A stretch of DNA of 64,000 nt. Origin: Candidatus Pacearchaeota archaeon. GTDB taxonomy: Archaea > Nanobdellota > Nanobdellia > Pacearchaeales > GW2011-AR1. Shown here piece after piece: positions 16,307 through 25,326 of the stretch. The DNA lies in assembly GCA_041656875.1 (NCBI GenBank), contig JBBACR010000002.1, forward strand, positions 8,084 through 72,083, given 5' to 3'. The notes under the pieces are model-generated. The model was not told the DNA's origin. It made no database searches and was given only the letters and a program-made list of their open reading frames with translations. Position 1 is the stretch's first letter. Each line of letters opens with the position of its first letter. Position numbers and translations under genes: made by a program.

Positions 16307-16648
16307 ATGGAAGAATTTAGAGACAGAGAAATGCATAAAGCAACCTGTTCTGACTGTGGACAAGCATGTGAAGTGCCGTTCAAACCTACAGAAGGTAAAC
16401 CAGTTAGATGCCAGGATTGTTTTAGAAAAAGTAGACCACCAAGAAGCAGCGGAGGCGGAAGATTCGGCGGAAGAAGTAATTTCGGCGGACCAAGAAGAAG
16501 CTTCAACGACGGGCCTAGAGAAATGCATAAAGCAGTTTGTGCCGAATGTAAGCAAGAATGTGAAGTACCATTCAAACCTACAGAAGGTAAACCAGTTTAT
16601 TGCAAAGATTGTTTCCAAAACAGAAGAAACAATCAAGAAGAATTCTAG
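16307..16648 (+). CDS. Tandem CxxC-x17-CxxC zinc-finger protein with RGG-like linker
   Basis: Two copies of REMHKAxCxxCxxxCEVPFKPTEGKPVxCxDCF, separated by SSGGGRFGGRSNFGGPRRSF. The other three long ORFs over this locus are frame shadows. Confidence 0.8.
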   Translation: MEEFRDREMHKATCSDCGQACEVPFKPTEGKPVRCQDCFRKSRPPRSSGGGRFGGRSNFGGPRRSFNDGPREMHKAVCAECKQECEVPFKPTEGKPVYCKDCFQNRRNNQEEF

Positions 16649-16864
16649 TTTTTTATTAGAATAATTCTTTATCAAACACTTTTATTTTTATTTTTTTTAT
16701 TATACTTTCTTTTTTTATTCACTCGTGATGTAATTCTCTTTGATTAAAGATAGATGCCTTAATTTTATTATTTGGTTTATAGTCTATTCTTCACAAGATT
16801 TACTTTTGAAAATAGATTTATATACAGGTTCGCACAATTAAGTTTATTAAAAGAGGATAAAGTA

Positions 16865-17683
16865 ATGAACCAGCAAGAATTTCTCAAAAATCTAGAAACT
16901 GAAATTAAGATCGCAAAACTTTCTCCCTATACTATTCGTAACTATGTTGAATTCAACAAACAGCTATTATCGCACTCAGGCAAGGAGCCTGCAGATATCC
17001 AACAACAAGACATTAAAAATTTTTTAGCAGATAAAATGAACGATCGTGCATCATCTTCGACTATTGTTTGTTTAGCCTCTATAAGGTTTGCATATCTGGC
17101 TCTTTTAAATAAAGACCCTACTGTTGGAATAAAGCGTCCAAGATCTGAAAAGAAAATTCCTCAAGTCTTAACAAAAGAAGAAGTAATAAGATTAATCAGT
17201 TCATCTTCAACAATAAAAAGTAAGCTTCTTACTCAAATACTTTATTCTTCAGGCCTACGAGTATCTGAATTAGTTCGCCTTAAAAAACAAGATTTAGACT
17301 TTAATGAAAATATTGGTTGGGTAAGGGGTGGAAAAGGGAAAAAAGATAGAATGTTTATTTTATCAAAAAAACTCTCAGCAAGATTAAAAAAATATATAGA
17401 TAAACATCCAGACTGGAATTATATTTTTTCAGAAAACAGTCCACTAACAACTAGAAATATTCAAAAGATTATTCAAAAATTAGCAAAAAAAGCAGGAATA
17501 AATAAAGATGTCCATCCCCATACCCTAAGACATAGTTTTGCAACCCATCTTTTGGACGCAGGGACTGATTTGAGAAAGATTCAGACCCTCCTGGGTCATA
17601 GCAGTATAGCTACAACTCAGATTTATACTCATATTTCAAGTGAACAAATAAAATCAATTAAAAATCCTCTAGATGAATTATAA
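16865..17683 (+). CDS. xerA: Tyrosine recombinase, XerA/XerCD-like (or element integrase)
   Basis: C-terminal HPHTLRHSFATHLLDAGTDLRKIQTLLGHSSIATTQIYTH (the R..H-x-x-R..Y catalytic pattern). The start is moved to the ATG at 16865 (MNQQEFLKNLE), because the track's N-terminal 31 aa look non-genic. Confidence 0.85.
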   Translation: MNQQEFLKNLETEIKIAKLSPYTIRNYVEFNKQLLSHSGKEPADIQQQDIKNFLADKMNDRASSSTIVCLASIRFAYLALLNKDPTVGIKRPRSEKKIPQVLTKEEVIRLISSSSTIKSKLLTQILYSSGLRVSELVRLKKQDLDFNENIGWVRGGKGKKDRMFILSKKLSARLKKYIDKHPDWNYIFSENSPLTTRNIQKIIQKLAKKAGINKDVHPHTLRHSFATHLLDAGTDLRKIQTLLGHSSIATTQIYTHISSEQIKSIKNPLDEL

Positions 17684-17686
17684 TTT

Positions 17687-18187
17687 TTATAAAAATAATG
17701 CTCTTTTTGGAATTACGAGCCCTTCAGGTTTTATTTCTTTAAGTTCATCCCAAACATTATTAGTGCTTCCTCTTCCTTTGCTTTCAAGATACTTTGTAAA
17801 GTTTTCTTGAAATTCGGCCATTTCAAGCAATGTTGGAATTCTTATCTGGTTGGTTTTAAATCTTTCTTCCAGATCAAGAACTGTTCTAGTCTTTAAATTG
17901 TCTTCAAAATAAATTCCTAGGGTTGGGTCTTCTTTTCCAGTTGCTACTTGATGAATATAATCATGGAGTCTATGTTCACAAAACCCAAGTCCATCTACAG
18001 GTTTTCCTATTGCAGTTATAATATTGTATCCTTTTTGACTGACATAAACAGTTCCTGTTCTAAATGGAGATACTGGAATTGTTTCCATATGTTCAACTAT
18101 TTCAGATAATGGTGCATAAACAAACGGCCTGTCGCAATAAATGCAACACGCATTCTCGATTGTTCTTCTAAGTGTTTTTGTTTTCAT
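17687..18187 (-). CDS. Hypothetical protein
   Basis: 166-aa ORF. No domain recognised. Confidence 0.5.
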   Translation of the reverse strand: MKTKTLRRTIENACCIYCDRPFVYAPLSEIVEHMETIPVSPFRTGTVYVSQKGYNIITAIGKPVDGLGFCEHRLHDYIHQVATGKEDPTLGIYFEDNLKTRTVLDLEERFKTNQIRIPTLLEMAEFQENFTKYLESKGRGSTNNVWDELKEIKPEGLVIPKRALFL

Positions 18188-18302
18188 GTTTCATATATCC
18201 CATTATATTCCTTTAAAAACCTTTTTTAGAAATCTTTATAAATACAAGTCAGATTTTTTTGGCTTCCCTAACCTTTTTATAGTTGAGACTCTTTATATTT
18301 TA

Positions 18303-18686
18303 ATGACTCAGAAAAATCAGGTTTACAAATGTGAAATTTGCGGAAACATTGTAGAGGTTCTTCACGAAGGAGGAGGCGAGCTAGTTTGCTGTGGACAACC
18401 AATGAAATTACTCAAAGAAAATACAGTTGATGCTTCTTTAGAAAAACATGTTCCTATATTGTCTGAAACCCCTCAGGGTGTCCTCATTCAAGTTGGAAGT
18501 GTTCCTCATCCAATGGAAGAAGCACATTATATTGAATGGATTGAAATTCATACTAAAGACGGAAAAGTAGGAAGAAAATATTTAAGCCCTAAAGATAAAC
18601 CTGAGGCAGAATTTTATACAGACATTAAAAATATTCTTTTTGCAAGAGAATATTGTAATTTACATGGACTTTGGAAGTCTAAATAA
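18303..18686 (+). CDS. dfx: Desulfoferrodoxin (2Fe superoxide reductase)
   Basis: N-terminal desulforedoxin motif [12 protein letters not shown]...VCCGQPM. SOR-domain motifs EKHVP, HPMEE.HYIEWI and CNLHGLW. The start is set at the ATG at 18303, since the track's N-terminal 54 aa overlap the divergent gene. Confidence 0.9.
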   Translation: MTQKNQVYKCEICGNIVEVLHEGGGELVCCGQPMKLLKENTVDASLEKHVPILSETPQGVLIQVGSVPHPMEEAHYIEWIEIHTKDGKVGRKYLSPKDKPEAEFYTDIKNILFAREYCNLHGLWKSK

Positions 18687-18706
18687 TTATATTTTTCTTT
18701 AAGATT

Positions 18707-19453
18707 TTATAGTGCACAGATCCAGCCACCATCTACAACTATTTCACTTCCAGTCATATAAGATGAAGCATCACTTGAAAGAAATACTACTGGTCCTGCA
18801 ATATCAACAGGTTTACCTGCTCTTTTAATTAAAAATTTTTCAAGCAGTTTCTCCTTTATTTTTTTGTCTAGTCCATTTGTCATTGCAGTATCAATAAGTC
18901 CAGGATGAACTGAATTTACTCTAATTCCAAGACTACCAACTTCTGCTGCAAGTGATTTTGTAAAAAGTCTTATTCCACCTTTGCTTGCAGAATAAGCAGC
19001 TCCACCACCTGAGCCTTCTATTCCTGCAATTGAAGAGATGTTAATTATTGATGAACCCTTTTTCATATACTTAAGTGCTGCCTGACTGCATAAAAACGGT
19101 CCTTTCAAATTAATATCCATTGTTTTTTCCCAGCTTTCTTCTGGAAAATCTATAGTATTTCCAGGAATATATATTCCTGCATTATTAACTAAAATATCAA
19201 TTTTTTTGAAATTTTTTATTGCCTCTTTTATTAAGTTTTCAACTTCTGATTTTTTAGAAATATCTGTTTTTACATAAATTGTTTTTCGCTTTAATTTTTT
19301 TATTTGATTTATTGTATCTTCTCCACTAATTATATCAGAGATAACAACATCTGCGCCTGCTCTTGCAAGTTCAACTGCAATCCCTTGTCCTATGCCTCTT
19401 GACGCACCTGTAACGATTGCAACTTTTCCAGTTAAGTCAAATAAATCCGCCAT
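18707..19453 (-). CDS. Short-chain dehydrogenase/reductase (FabG / glucose-1-dehydrogenase-like)
   Basis: TGASRGIG cofactor motif, NNAG, and the catalytic YSASKGG. Confidence 0.9.
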   Translation of the reverse strand: MADLFDLTGKVAIVTGASRGIGQGIAVELARAGADVVISDIISGEDTINQIKKLKRKTIYVKTDISKKSEVENLIKEAIKNFKKIDILVNNAGIYIPGNTIDFPEESWEKTMDINLKGPFLCSQAALKYMKKGSSIINISSIAGIEGSGGGAAYSASKGGIRLFTKSLAAEVGSLGIRVNSVHPGLIDTAMTNGLDKKIKEKLLEKFLIKRAGKPVDIAGPVVFLSSDASSYMTGSEIVVDGGWICAL

Positions 19454-19580
19454 CTCTTTTTCTCAGTTATTTTATCAAGCATTCATTCTATTTAATAGTT
19501 TCGCCTTAATAATTCAACTGTTTTTTAAGAAATCAAACTCGCCAGTTAGCTCTAAAGCTTATAATAAAATTAAAAAATAA

Positions 19581-19745
19581 TTAGTCAATTTCAACAATAT
19601 ATTTGCCTTTACCTTGCCTCAAGTCAACCTTTTTCTTCCAAGTTGCATGAGGATATCTTTTCATTAATTGTTCAATAGCATTCCAGGACTTTTCAAGTCC
19701 TAAATTTGCCCCTCCAACAATAGCAAATGATAATTCAATTATCAT
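19581..19745 (-). CDS. Small hypothetical protein (below the track cutoff)
   Basis: My translation: MIIELSFAIVGGANLGLEKSWNAIEQLMKRYPHATWKKKVDLRQGKGKYIVEID (54 aa). Confidence 0.3.
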   Translation of the reverse strand: MIIELSFAIVGGANLGLEKSWNAIEQLMKRYPHATWKKKVDLRQGKGKYIVEID

Positions 19746-19981
19746 TATTTTTTTGTAGTCTCCCTCCTTGTAACCTATCTAGGCTACTTTTCTTTAAATA
19801 AAAAACTAAATTTTAAAGTATATGTTTTGGATGGCTATTTATTTAAATACGAAAAATCTGAAAAGTGGTTACAAATAATTTTTAAGTAGTAGCAGCTATT
19901 TTAGAATTTTAAGTTTATTCATTTTAAACTATATTTTAAATTTTAATTATTCTTATAAACCCTAAAACCGTTTATTTATAG

Positions 19982-20542
19982 ATGACTAGTGACAAGAAAA
20001 GTGTACTCTATGTAGCTCTTGACGAATCCAATCATGGCAGATTTCCAGAGGTTTGTGTAGCTATTTTTTCTATAATTCCCGAAGATGCCTATAAACACGA
20101 ATTTTTCTCTAAAGGAGACTTGCACCTATTATGTCAACTTCCTTCAGCAAATAGAGATTATAGGTTTTTATTTTTAGACGAACATCAATTAAAACCATCT
20201 CAAAGTAACCTGACTCTTGTTGCTCCAAGTTTAATTTTACCTTATTTACAATCTTTGACAGGAGGGTTTGATGTTATGAATATTTATTTAGACGGTAGAT
20301 TAAATAAACCTGAAAGAGATCACCTAGATCATTCATTTGAGCGGCATGTAAGCAAGGTTCATGCAAGGGGTTTTATTAAAAGATGGAAAAGAGCTGATTG
20401 CGACTGTTCAAGATCTTATATTCAGCCCTATCTTTTAGGAGTTGCAGATGCAAAAGCTCATTCTTTATACGAAGAATATAATCTGGCTTCTGCCCCTAAT
20501 ATTAAAAAAATATCTCATGATAAGTTAGTTCAATTATTATAA
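19982..20542 (+). CDS. Hypothetical protein, possibly RNase H-like/DUF3800-like (weak)
   Basis: 186 aa. Acidic motifs YVALDESNHG, IYLDG and GVADAKAH loosely resemble an RNase H-fold arrangement. The gene ends 39 nt upstream of the nuclease gene. Confidence 0.5.
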   Translation: MTSDKKSVLYVALDESNHGRFPEVCVAIFSIIPEDAYKHEFFSKGDLHLLCQLPSANRDYRFLFLDEHQLKPSQSNLTLVAPSLILPYLQSLTGGFDVMNIYLDGRLNKPERDHLDHSFERHVSKVHARGFIKRWKRADCDCSRSYIQPYLLGVADAKAHSLYEEYNLASAPNIKKISHDKLVQLL

Positions 20543-20581
20543 ATAGAAATCCTTTTAACCCTCCTTTATTTTAATCTTAAA

Positions 20582-21349
20582 ATGGTGCTATACTCTCATT
20601 CACGACTTTCAACATTTGAACAATGTCCATTGAAATTTAAGTTTAGATATATTGATAAATTGGAGCCAGAAATAAAACAATCAATAGAAGGTTTTCTCGG
20701 AAATAGAGTTCATGACACTTTGGAGTTTATTTATATAGAATCTTGTAAAGGAAGAACCCTTGAACTTGATGAAATAATTGAGTTTTATATTCAGGTCTGG
20801 AACAAAGAATATTCAAACGAAATTAAAGTAATAAAACAAGAATTAACTGCAGAGCATTATTTTGAAAAAGGAATTAAATTTTTAATTGATTATTTTACAG
20901 CAAACTATCCATTTAAAGACAATACTATTGCAGTTGAAAAAAGAATAATTCTTGATTTGGATCCAAGTCAACCTGGAAAATATAAACTCCAAGGCTATAT
21001 TGATAGACTCGTTCATAATAAAGATTCGAATATTTTTGAAATCCATGACTATAAAACAGGACAAATAAAAACTCAAGAAGAACTGGATAAAGACAGGCAA
21101 CTCGCTTTATACTCTCTTGGAATAAAAGAGTCTTTTCCAGAAGCAGCAGACATTCATCTTATCTGGCATTTTCTTGATTTTAATAAAAAGATGCAGTCGA
21201 AAAGAACAGACGAGGAATTAATTCAGTTAAAACAGGACATAATCAATCTTATAACCAAAATAGAATCTACAACAGATTTTCCTGCCTGTCCAAGTATTTT
21301 GTGCAAGTGGTGTGAATTTCAGGGTTATTGTGATTATAAACCTGAATAA
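20582..21349 (+). CDS. PD-(D/E)XK nuclease, Cas4/RecB-like with 4-Cys Fe-S cluster signature
   Basis: N-terminal Cys (FEQCPLKFKF). Nuclease motifs GYIDRL, EIHDYKTG and QLALYS. C-terminal C-x2-C-x5-C (CKWCEFQGYC). Confidence 0.85.
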   Translation: MVLYSHSRLSTFEQCPLKFKFRYIDKLEPEIKQSIEGFLGNRVHDTLEFIYIESCKGRTLELDEIIEFYIQVWNKEYSNEIKVIKQELTAEHYFEKGIKFLIDYFTANYPFKDNTIAVEKRIILDLDPSQPGKYKLQGYIDRLVHNKDSNIFEIHDYKTGQIKTQEELDKDRQLALYSLGIKESFPEAADIHLIWHFLDFNKKMQSKRTDEELIQLKQDIINLITKIESTTDFPACPSILCKWCEFQGYCDYKPE

Positions 21350-21539
21350 ACCTATTAAAAACTTAAGAACTTTTAAAGTAACTTAAGTTTTTTAGCTAAA
21401 TTGTTAATCTTTGAAATAATCCTCCTCAGATAATGAGTTTCTTGCCTGGATATATGTTTCATAACTTTTTAATTTAAAAGAGGTGAGTATGCGAGCCTCT
21501 AATGATTCTCCTTACATTACTAATACTTTAGTATCCTCC

Positions 21540-21564
21540 TAAGAATTTTGCACACAAATTCTTA
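21540..21564. promoter_or_regulatory. Perfect 9-bp inverted repeat upstream of the helicase promoter
   Basis: taagaattt-tgcacac-aaattctta. A TATA-like ttttatattt lies at 21581-21590 and the ATG at 21616. Confidence 0.3.
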
Positions 21565-21615
21565 AATACTCTATCCTACATTTTATATTTCTAAAAAAGG
21601 TTTTTAAATTTTAAT

Positions 21616-23547
21616 ATGTGGTCACTTTATGAAGATGAAAAAGCATTGCAGCCATTGGTTTTTTCAAATGGAAAATCTCAGGCAGATGTAGTTAACGAAG
21701 TTATAGAAGCAATTGAAAAAGGAAGCAAGATAGTTTTTATTCGCGGTCAATGTGGAACAGGAAAGTCAGCAATTGCCCTTAATTTAGCAAGAAAATTTGG
21801 AAAAACTTCTATTGTTGTTCCAATAAAATCTCTTCAAGAACAATATATTAAAGATTATTCTGAAAATAAATATGTTCTCTTAAATGGAAAAAGACTAACA
21901 ATCCAGCCAATTCTTGGAAGGCAGAATTTTAAATGTAAATATCTCGAAGAAGAAGATATTAAGGGCATTGAAAAATATTCTAGGGAAAAAGATGCAAACC
22001 TTTTTGAAAGTCTTGCCGAAAGTTCAAGACCAAATAAAGCTAAGACTGACACCTGTGATAATACTTATCTTCCATGCAAAATAGAAATAAAAGAAAGAAA
22101 CCTTTCTGTACTTAAAGAATATATTAAAAAAAATCCATTGGTCAATATTTCAAATTTTGATTCTATTGATGATATAAAAAGAATAACTGTTGCACCTGTC
22201 TGCGAGTATTGGTCACCAATTGTAGCAGAAGAGTTTGAAACAAAAAGGTTCAAAGATGCAATTAAAAAAAGTTACACTGGAATAAACAAGAAAAAATATG
22301 CCTTTTATCAAAGAAAATCAGGTTGCCCTTACTATAATCAGTATAATGCCTACATTGATGCAGATGTCATAATTTTCAATTCTCTAAAATACAAAATTGA
22401 AAGCATGATGGGAAGAAAACCTGCAACAAATATTGAGATAATTGATGAATGTGATGAATTTTTAGATAGTTTTGCAGAACAAGCACAGATTAATCTTTCA
22501 AGGCTATCCTTTTCTCTTAATATGATTCATTCTTCAGAACCTAGAATAAAACAGACAATCGATAAGTTAATTGATATAACCAATGCAATTAAGGCTTCTG
22601 AAAAATTAAAAGAGTCAGATGAAATTTATGAACTAAATAATACTCTTATTCAGGAATTATTACTTGCAGTTCTGGAAAATCCAGACCTGCTAGATTTAAT
22701 TGAATCAGATGACCATAATTATTTAATTCATTTAGACCAGGTTGCAAAAACTTTTTATGATTTTATGGATGAAACTTTTTTCTCTGTTGAAAAAAGAGAA
22801 AATGATAAAATAATAACTTTAGTAACAACAAACCTAGATAAGCAATTAAAAACAATGGTAGATAATAATAAGGTTGTTGTAATGATGTCTGGAACAATTC
22901 ATTCTGAAATGGTCTTAAAAAATATTTTTGGTCTGGATACATTCAAGGTAATTGAAGCAGAAATAGAGCATCAGGGAGAATTAATAAAATGCAAACATGG
23001 TTATGAAGTAGATTGCAGTTATTCAAATTTTAAGTCGAAAAGACTCACTAGGGAGACCTATCTAAAAGCTCTTTCAAAATCAATAAGTTGTGCAAAATCT
23101 CCAACACTTGTTCATGTCAATTCTTTTTCAGATCTTCCGACAGATCAGGAAAAAGCTCAGTTTAATCTGGAGAATCTTATAACTCAAAGGGAATTAATAG
23201 AACAGCAAAACAATGACCCGACAGCCAAGAGAGTAAGGGAGTTTAGAGATAAAAAAACAAAAATATTGTTCACAACAAAATGTAATAGAGGGGTTGATTT
23301 TCCAGGTGACATATGTAATAGTATTGTTATCACAAGATTTCCTTATCCAAATATCTCCAGCATTTTTTGGAAAATCTTAAAGAGAAACAAGCCTCAGCAT
23401 TTTATGTCATTTTATATGGATAAATCAAGACGAGAACTCATGCAGAAAGTCTACCGGGGCCTAAGAAGTAAAGATGACAAGGTTTACTTGCTCAGCCCTG
23501 ATAAAAGAGTGCTTGACTTTAAGTTTGAGAACGAAGTTAAGAAATAA
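21616..23547 (+). CDS. XPD/DinG-superfamily (Fe-S) helicase-like protein
   Basis: Walker A GQCGTGKS and a DECD box (IIDECDEF). Cys residues lie between them, including GCPYY (XPD-like Fe-S domain). The C-terminal NRGVDFPGD...ITRFPYP matches the helicase C_2 type. Confidence 0.7.
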   Translation: MWSLYEDEKALQPLVFSNGKSQADVVNEVIEAIEKGSKIVFIRGQCGTGKSAIALNLARKFGKTSIVVPIKSLQEQYIKDYSENKYVLLNGKRLTIQPILGRQNFKCKYLEEEDIKGIEKYSREKDANLFESLAESSRPNKAKTDTCDNTYLPCKIEIKERNLSVLKEYIKKNPLVNISNFDSIDDIKRITVAPVCEYWSPIVAEEFETKRFKDAIKKSYTGINKKKYAFYQRKSGCPYYNQYNAYIDADVIIFNSLKYKIESMMGRKPATNIEIIDECDEFLDSFAEQAQINLSRLSFSLNMIHSSEPRIKQTIDKLIDITNAIKASEKLKESDEIYELNNTLIQELLLAVLENPDLLDLIESDDHNYLIHLDQVAKTFYDFMDETFFSVEKRENDKIITLVTTNLDKQLKTMVDNNKVVVMMSGTIHSEMVLKNIFGLDTFKVIEAEIEHQGELIKCKHGYEVDCSYSNFKSKRLTRETYLKALSKSISCAKSPTLVHVNSFSDLPTDQEKAQFNLENLITQRELIEQQNNDPTAKRVREFRDKKTKILFTTKCNRGVDFPGDICNSIVITRFPYPNISSIFWKILKRNKPQHFMSFYMDKSRRELMQKVYRGLRSKDDKVYLLSPDKRVLDFKFENEVKK

Positions 23548-23583
23548 AAAAAGTTAAAATAAAGTCTTGAGATAAGATTTAAA

Positions 23584-23727
23584 TTAATCTTGGTGACAAC
23601 CAATATCTCCTCTTACATAGATTCCTTCTTTGCCTTCTTCTTCACACATAGAATTTTTGATTTTATGTATGTCTTCAGCTATGGACTGGATAGCTTCTAT
23701 CAATAATTCTTCAGTTTCTGGTTTCAT
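23584..23727 (-). CDS. Small hypothetical protein (below the track cutoff)
   Basis: My translation: MKPETEELLIEAIQSIAEDIHKIKNSMCEEEGKEGIYVRGDIGCHQD (47 aa). Confidence 0.25.
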   Translation of the reverse strand: MKPETEELLIEAIQSIAEDIHKIKNSMCEEEGKEGIYVRGDIGCHQD

Positions 23728-23915
23728 TTTTTACCTCCTTTTTAATTTTTCTTAAAACATTTCTAACAAATTATTTAATTTTGTTTTAAAATAATTATTA
23801 TACTCAAAATAGGCTATTTTTATTACGACTAATTTAATAAATGGGGTTTGTAACTTATAATAAATGTACTTATAGAAATAATCCACAACTTTTTAAGTTA
23901 ATCAATGGCCCAACC

Positions 23916-24254
23916 TCAATAATGAAATCTTCTTTCATATTCTTTATGATCTAACCACTCTAAAATAACTGAGAGAATAGCAACTTTATTGTTTTTAACA
24001 GTATAAATTAATCTCCAGGCATCAGGAAGATTATATTTCCAGAGATTAGTAAGATTTCCATATCTATTGATATATTCCTTAGGTATCAAGTTTTTAGGTA
24101 TTTGAATTCCACAAAAAGCATCTTCTTCAAGATTCTTAAATGCCTTAACAAGTTGTTCATAAAGATATCTTTCTTTTATAGGATCTAATTTTTCAAAATT
24201 TTCCTTTAATCTTTCATCTCCAAATATTATTTCTGATTTCATTTGCTTTTCCAC
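23916..24254 (-). CDS. RelE/ParE-superfamily toxin-like protein
   Basis: The C-terminal WRLIYTVKNNKVAILSVILEWLDHKEYERRF is typical of RelE/YoeB-type toxins. It overlaps the upstream small gene by 16 nt. Confidence 0.6.
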   Translation of the reverse strand: MEKQMKSEIIFGDERLKENFEKLDPIKERYLYEQLVKAFKNLEEDAFCGIQIPKNLIPKEYINRYGNLTNLWKYNLPDAWRLIYTVKNNKVAILSVILEWLDHKEYERRFHY

Positions 24255-24514
24255 ATCAAATGCTTTTTCTTAAGATACTTTTCAACACCCTCAGGATCCC
24301 ATATCCAACCAATCTTTCCTTCACTATCAACTGCGATTCTTCCAGCATAAAGAAGGTAGTCAATAATAACTGAATAGGTTTGATACATCATTTTCTTTGG
24401 AAGTTTCTCCCAGATCTTTTTTTTGCCATAATGTCCACTATTATCATAGATAAATTTTTCAACCATTAAGACACTATCGAGTCTAGGATAATGTAATATT
24501 TTTTTTATTTCCAT
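24239..24514 (-). CDS. Putative cognate antitoxin (family not recognised)
   Basis: 91-aa ORF translationally coupled (16-nt overlap) to the toxin-like gene. Confidence 0.45.
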   Translation of the reverse strand: MEIKKILHYPRLDSVLMVEKFIYDNSGHYGKKKIWEKLPKKMMYQTYSVIIDYLLYAGRIAVDSEGKIGWIWDPEGVEKYLKKKHLMWKSK

Positions 24515-24596
24515 TCTGTTAGTTATATATACTTATATACCTATTTAAATATTTCTATTTAGTCATATTTTTATAATTCCTATTTCTAAGTTTAAT

Positions 24597-25259
24597 ATGA
24601 AAATCCTAGATTTTCCAAAAGAAGGCAGGCCCAGAGAAAGATTTCTAAAATTTGGACCTGAAAGCCTGAGCGATGCAGAGCTCTTTGCAATTTTACTAAG
24701 AACAGGCAGTAGGGGTGAAAATGTAATTGATATGTCAAACCGCCTGATTAGTGAATATGGCCTTGACAAACTTTTTGAGTGCTCACTCAAAGAACTTGAA
24801 CAAATCAAAGGCATAGGTCCAACAAAAGCAATGCAGATCCTCACAATTGCAGAAATACAAAAAAGAATTAATCAATCCAAAAAACCAATAAAGCGCATCA
24901 CATGTGCACAAGATGTTTTTAACCTCATGCATGAAAAACTTAAAGACAAAAAAGAAGAGCATTTCTATATTCTGCTTCTGGATACAAAGAACAACCTAAT
25001 CTCAGAACCTGTTCTTATTACAAAAGGCATACTCGATGCTTCAATAATTCATCCCAGAGAAGTTTTCAAGCCCGCAATAAAGAACTCAGCAAGTAAAATA
25101 ATATTAGTTCATAATCATCCCAGCGGGGATCCTACTCCTAGCCCGGAGGATATTTCTATCAATGAAATATTAATGAGAGCTGGAGAGGAGATAGGTATAA
25201 ATGTGTTAGATAGCATTATTGTAGGAAAAAATGAGTGGCGGGATTCGAAGAGTAGATAA
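24597..25259 (+). CDS. radC: RadC-like JAB/MPN domain protein
   Basis: N-terminal SDAELFAILLRTGSRGENV with an HhH region. C-terminal JAMM motif HNHPSGDPTPSPED. Confidence 0.9.
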   Translation: MKILDFPKEGRPRERFLKFGPESLSDAELFAILLRTGSRGENVIDMSNRLISEYGLDKLFECSLKELEQIKGIGPTKAMQILTIAEIQKRINQSKKPIKRITCAQDVFNLMHEKLKDKKEEHFYILLLDTKNNLISEPVLITKGILDASIIHPREVFKPAIKNSASKIILVHNHPSGDPTPSPEDISINEILMRAGEEIGINVLDSIIVGKNEWRDSKSR

Positions 25260-25326
25260 AAGTAATGACTAAACATATAATTTATTTAATAGATCTGTTT
25301 AAATATTCTCAATTATTATTTTTTTC

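Larger units (their letters stand above)
9195..17683. mobile_element. Putative integrated element / accessory replicon island (boundaries uncertain)
   Basis: Coding density is low, with short orphan ORFs and many private repeat families. ORB-like boxes are present. Spot-checked lines look GC-richer. A tyrosine recombinase gene sits at the right edge. No clear att repeats were found. Confidence 0.4.

Noticed and set aside
16227-16675. Four long overlapping ORFs on both strands (16227..16664+, 16271..16675-, 16279..16575-, 16307..16648+), which could suggest overlapping genes
   Set aside because: Only 16307..16648(+) gives a recognisable protein, a duplicated CxxC-x17-CxxC module. The others are stop-free shadows caused by the GC/purine-rich, internally repeated sequence, and they translate to low-complexity nonsense.
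16772-16864. N-terminal 31 aa of the recombinase ORF (MVYSLFFTRFTFENRF...)
   Set aside because: The start is TTG-initiated in the track, hydrophobic and non-conserved-looking. The canonical Xer-type N-terminus begins at the ATG at 16865.
16865-17683. Calling the tyrosine recombinase a bona fide element integrase
   Set aside because: Its size and N-terminal SAM-like domain fit the chromosomal XerA equally well. No att or dif site could be identified by eye, so it is reported as XerA-like, with the integrase role as only a hypothesis.
18141-18302. N-terminal 54 aa of the desulfoferrodoxin ORF
   Set aside because: It overlaps the divergent gene 17687..18187 and its promoter region. The desulforedoxin domain begins right after the ATG at 18303.
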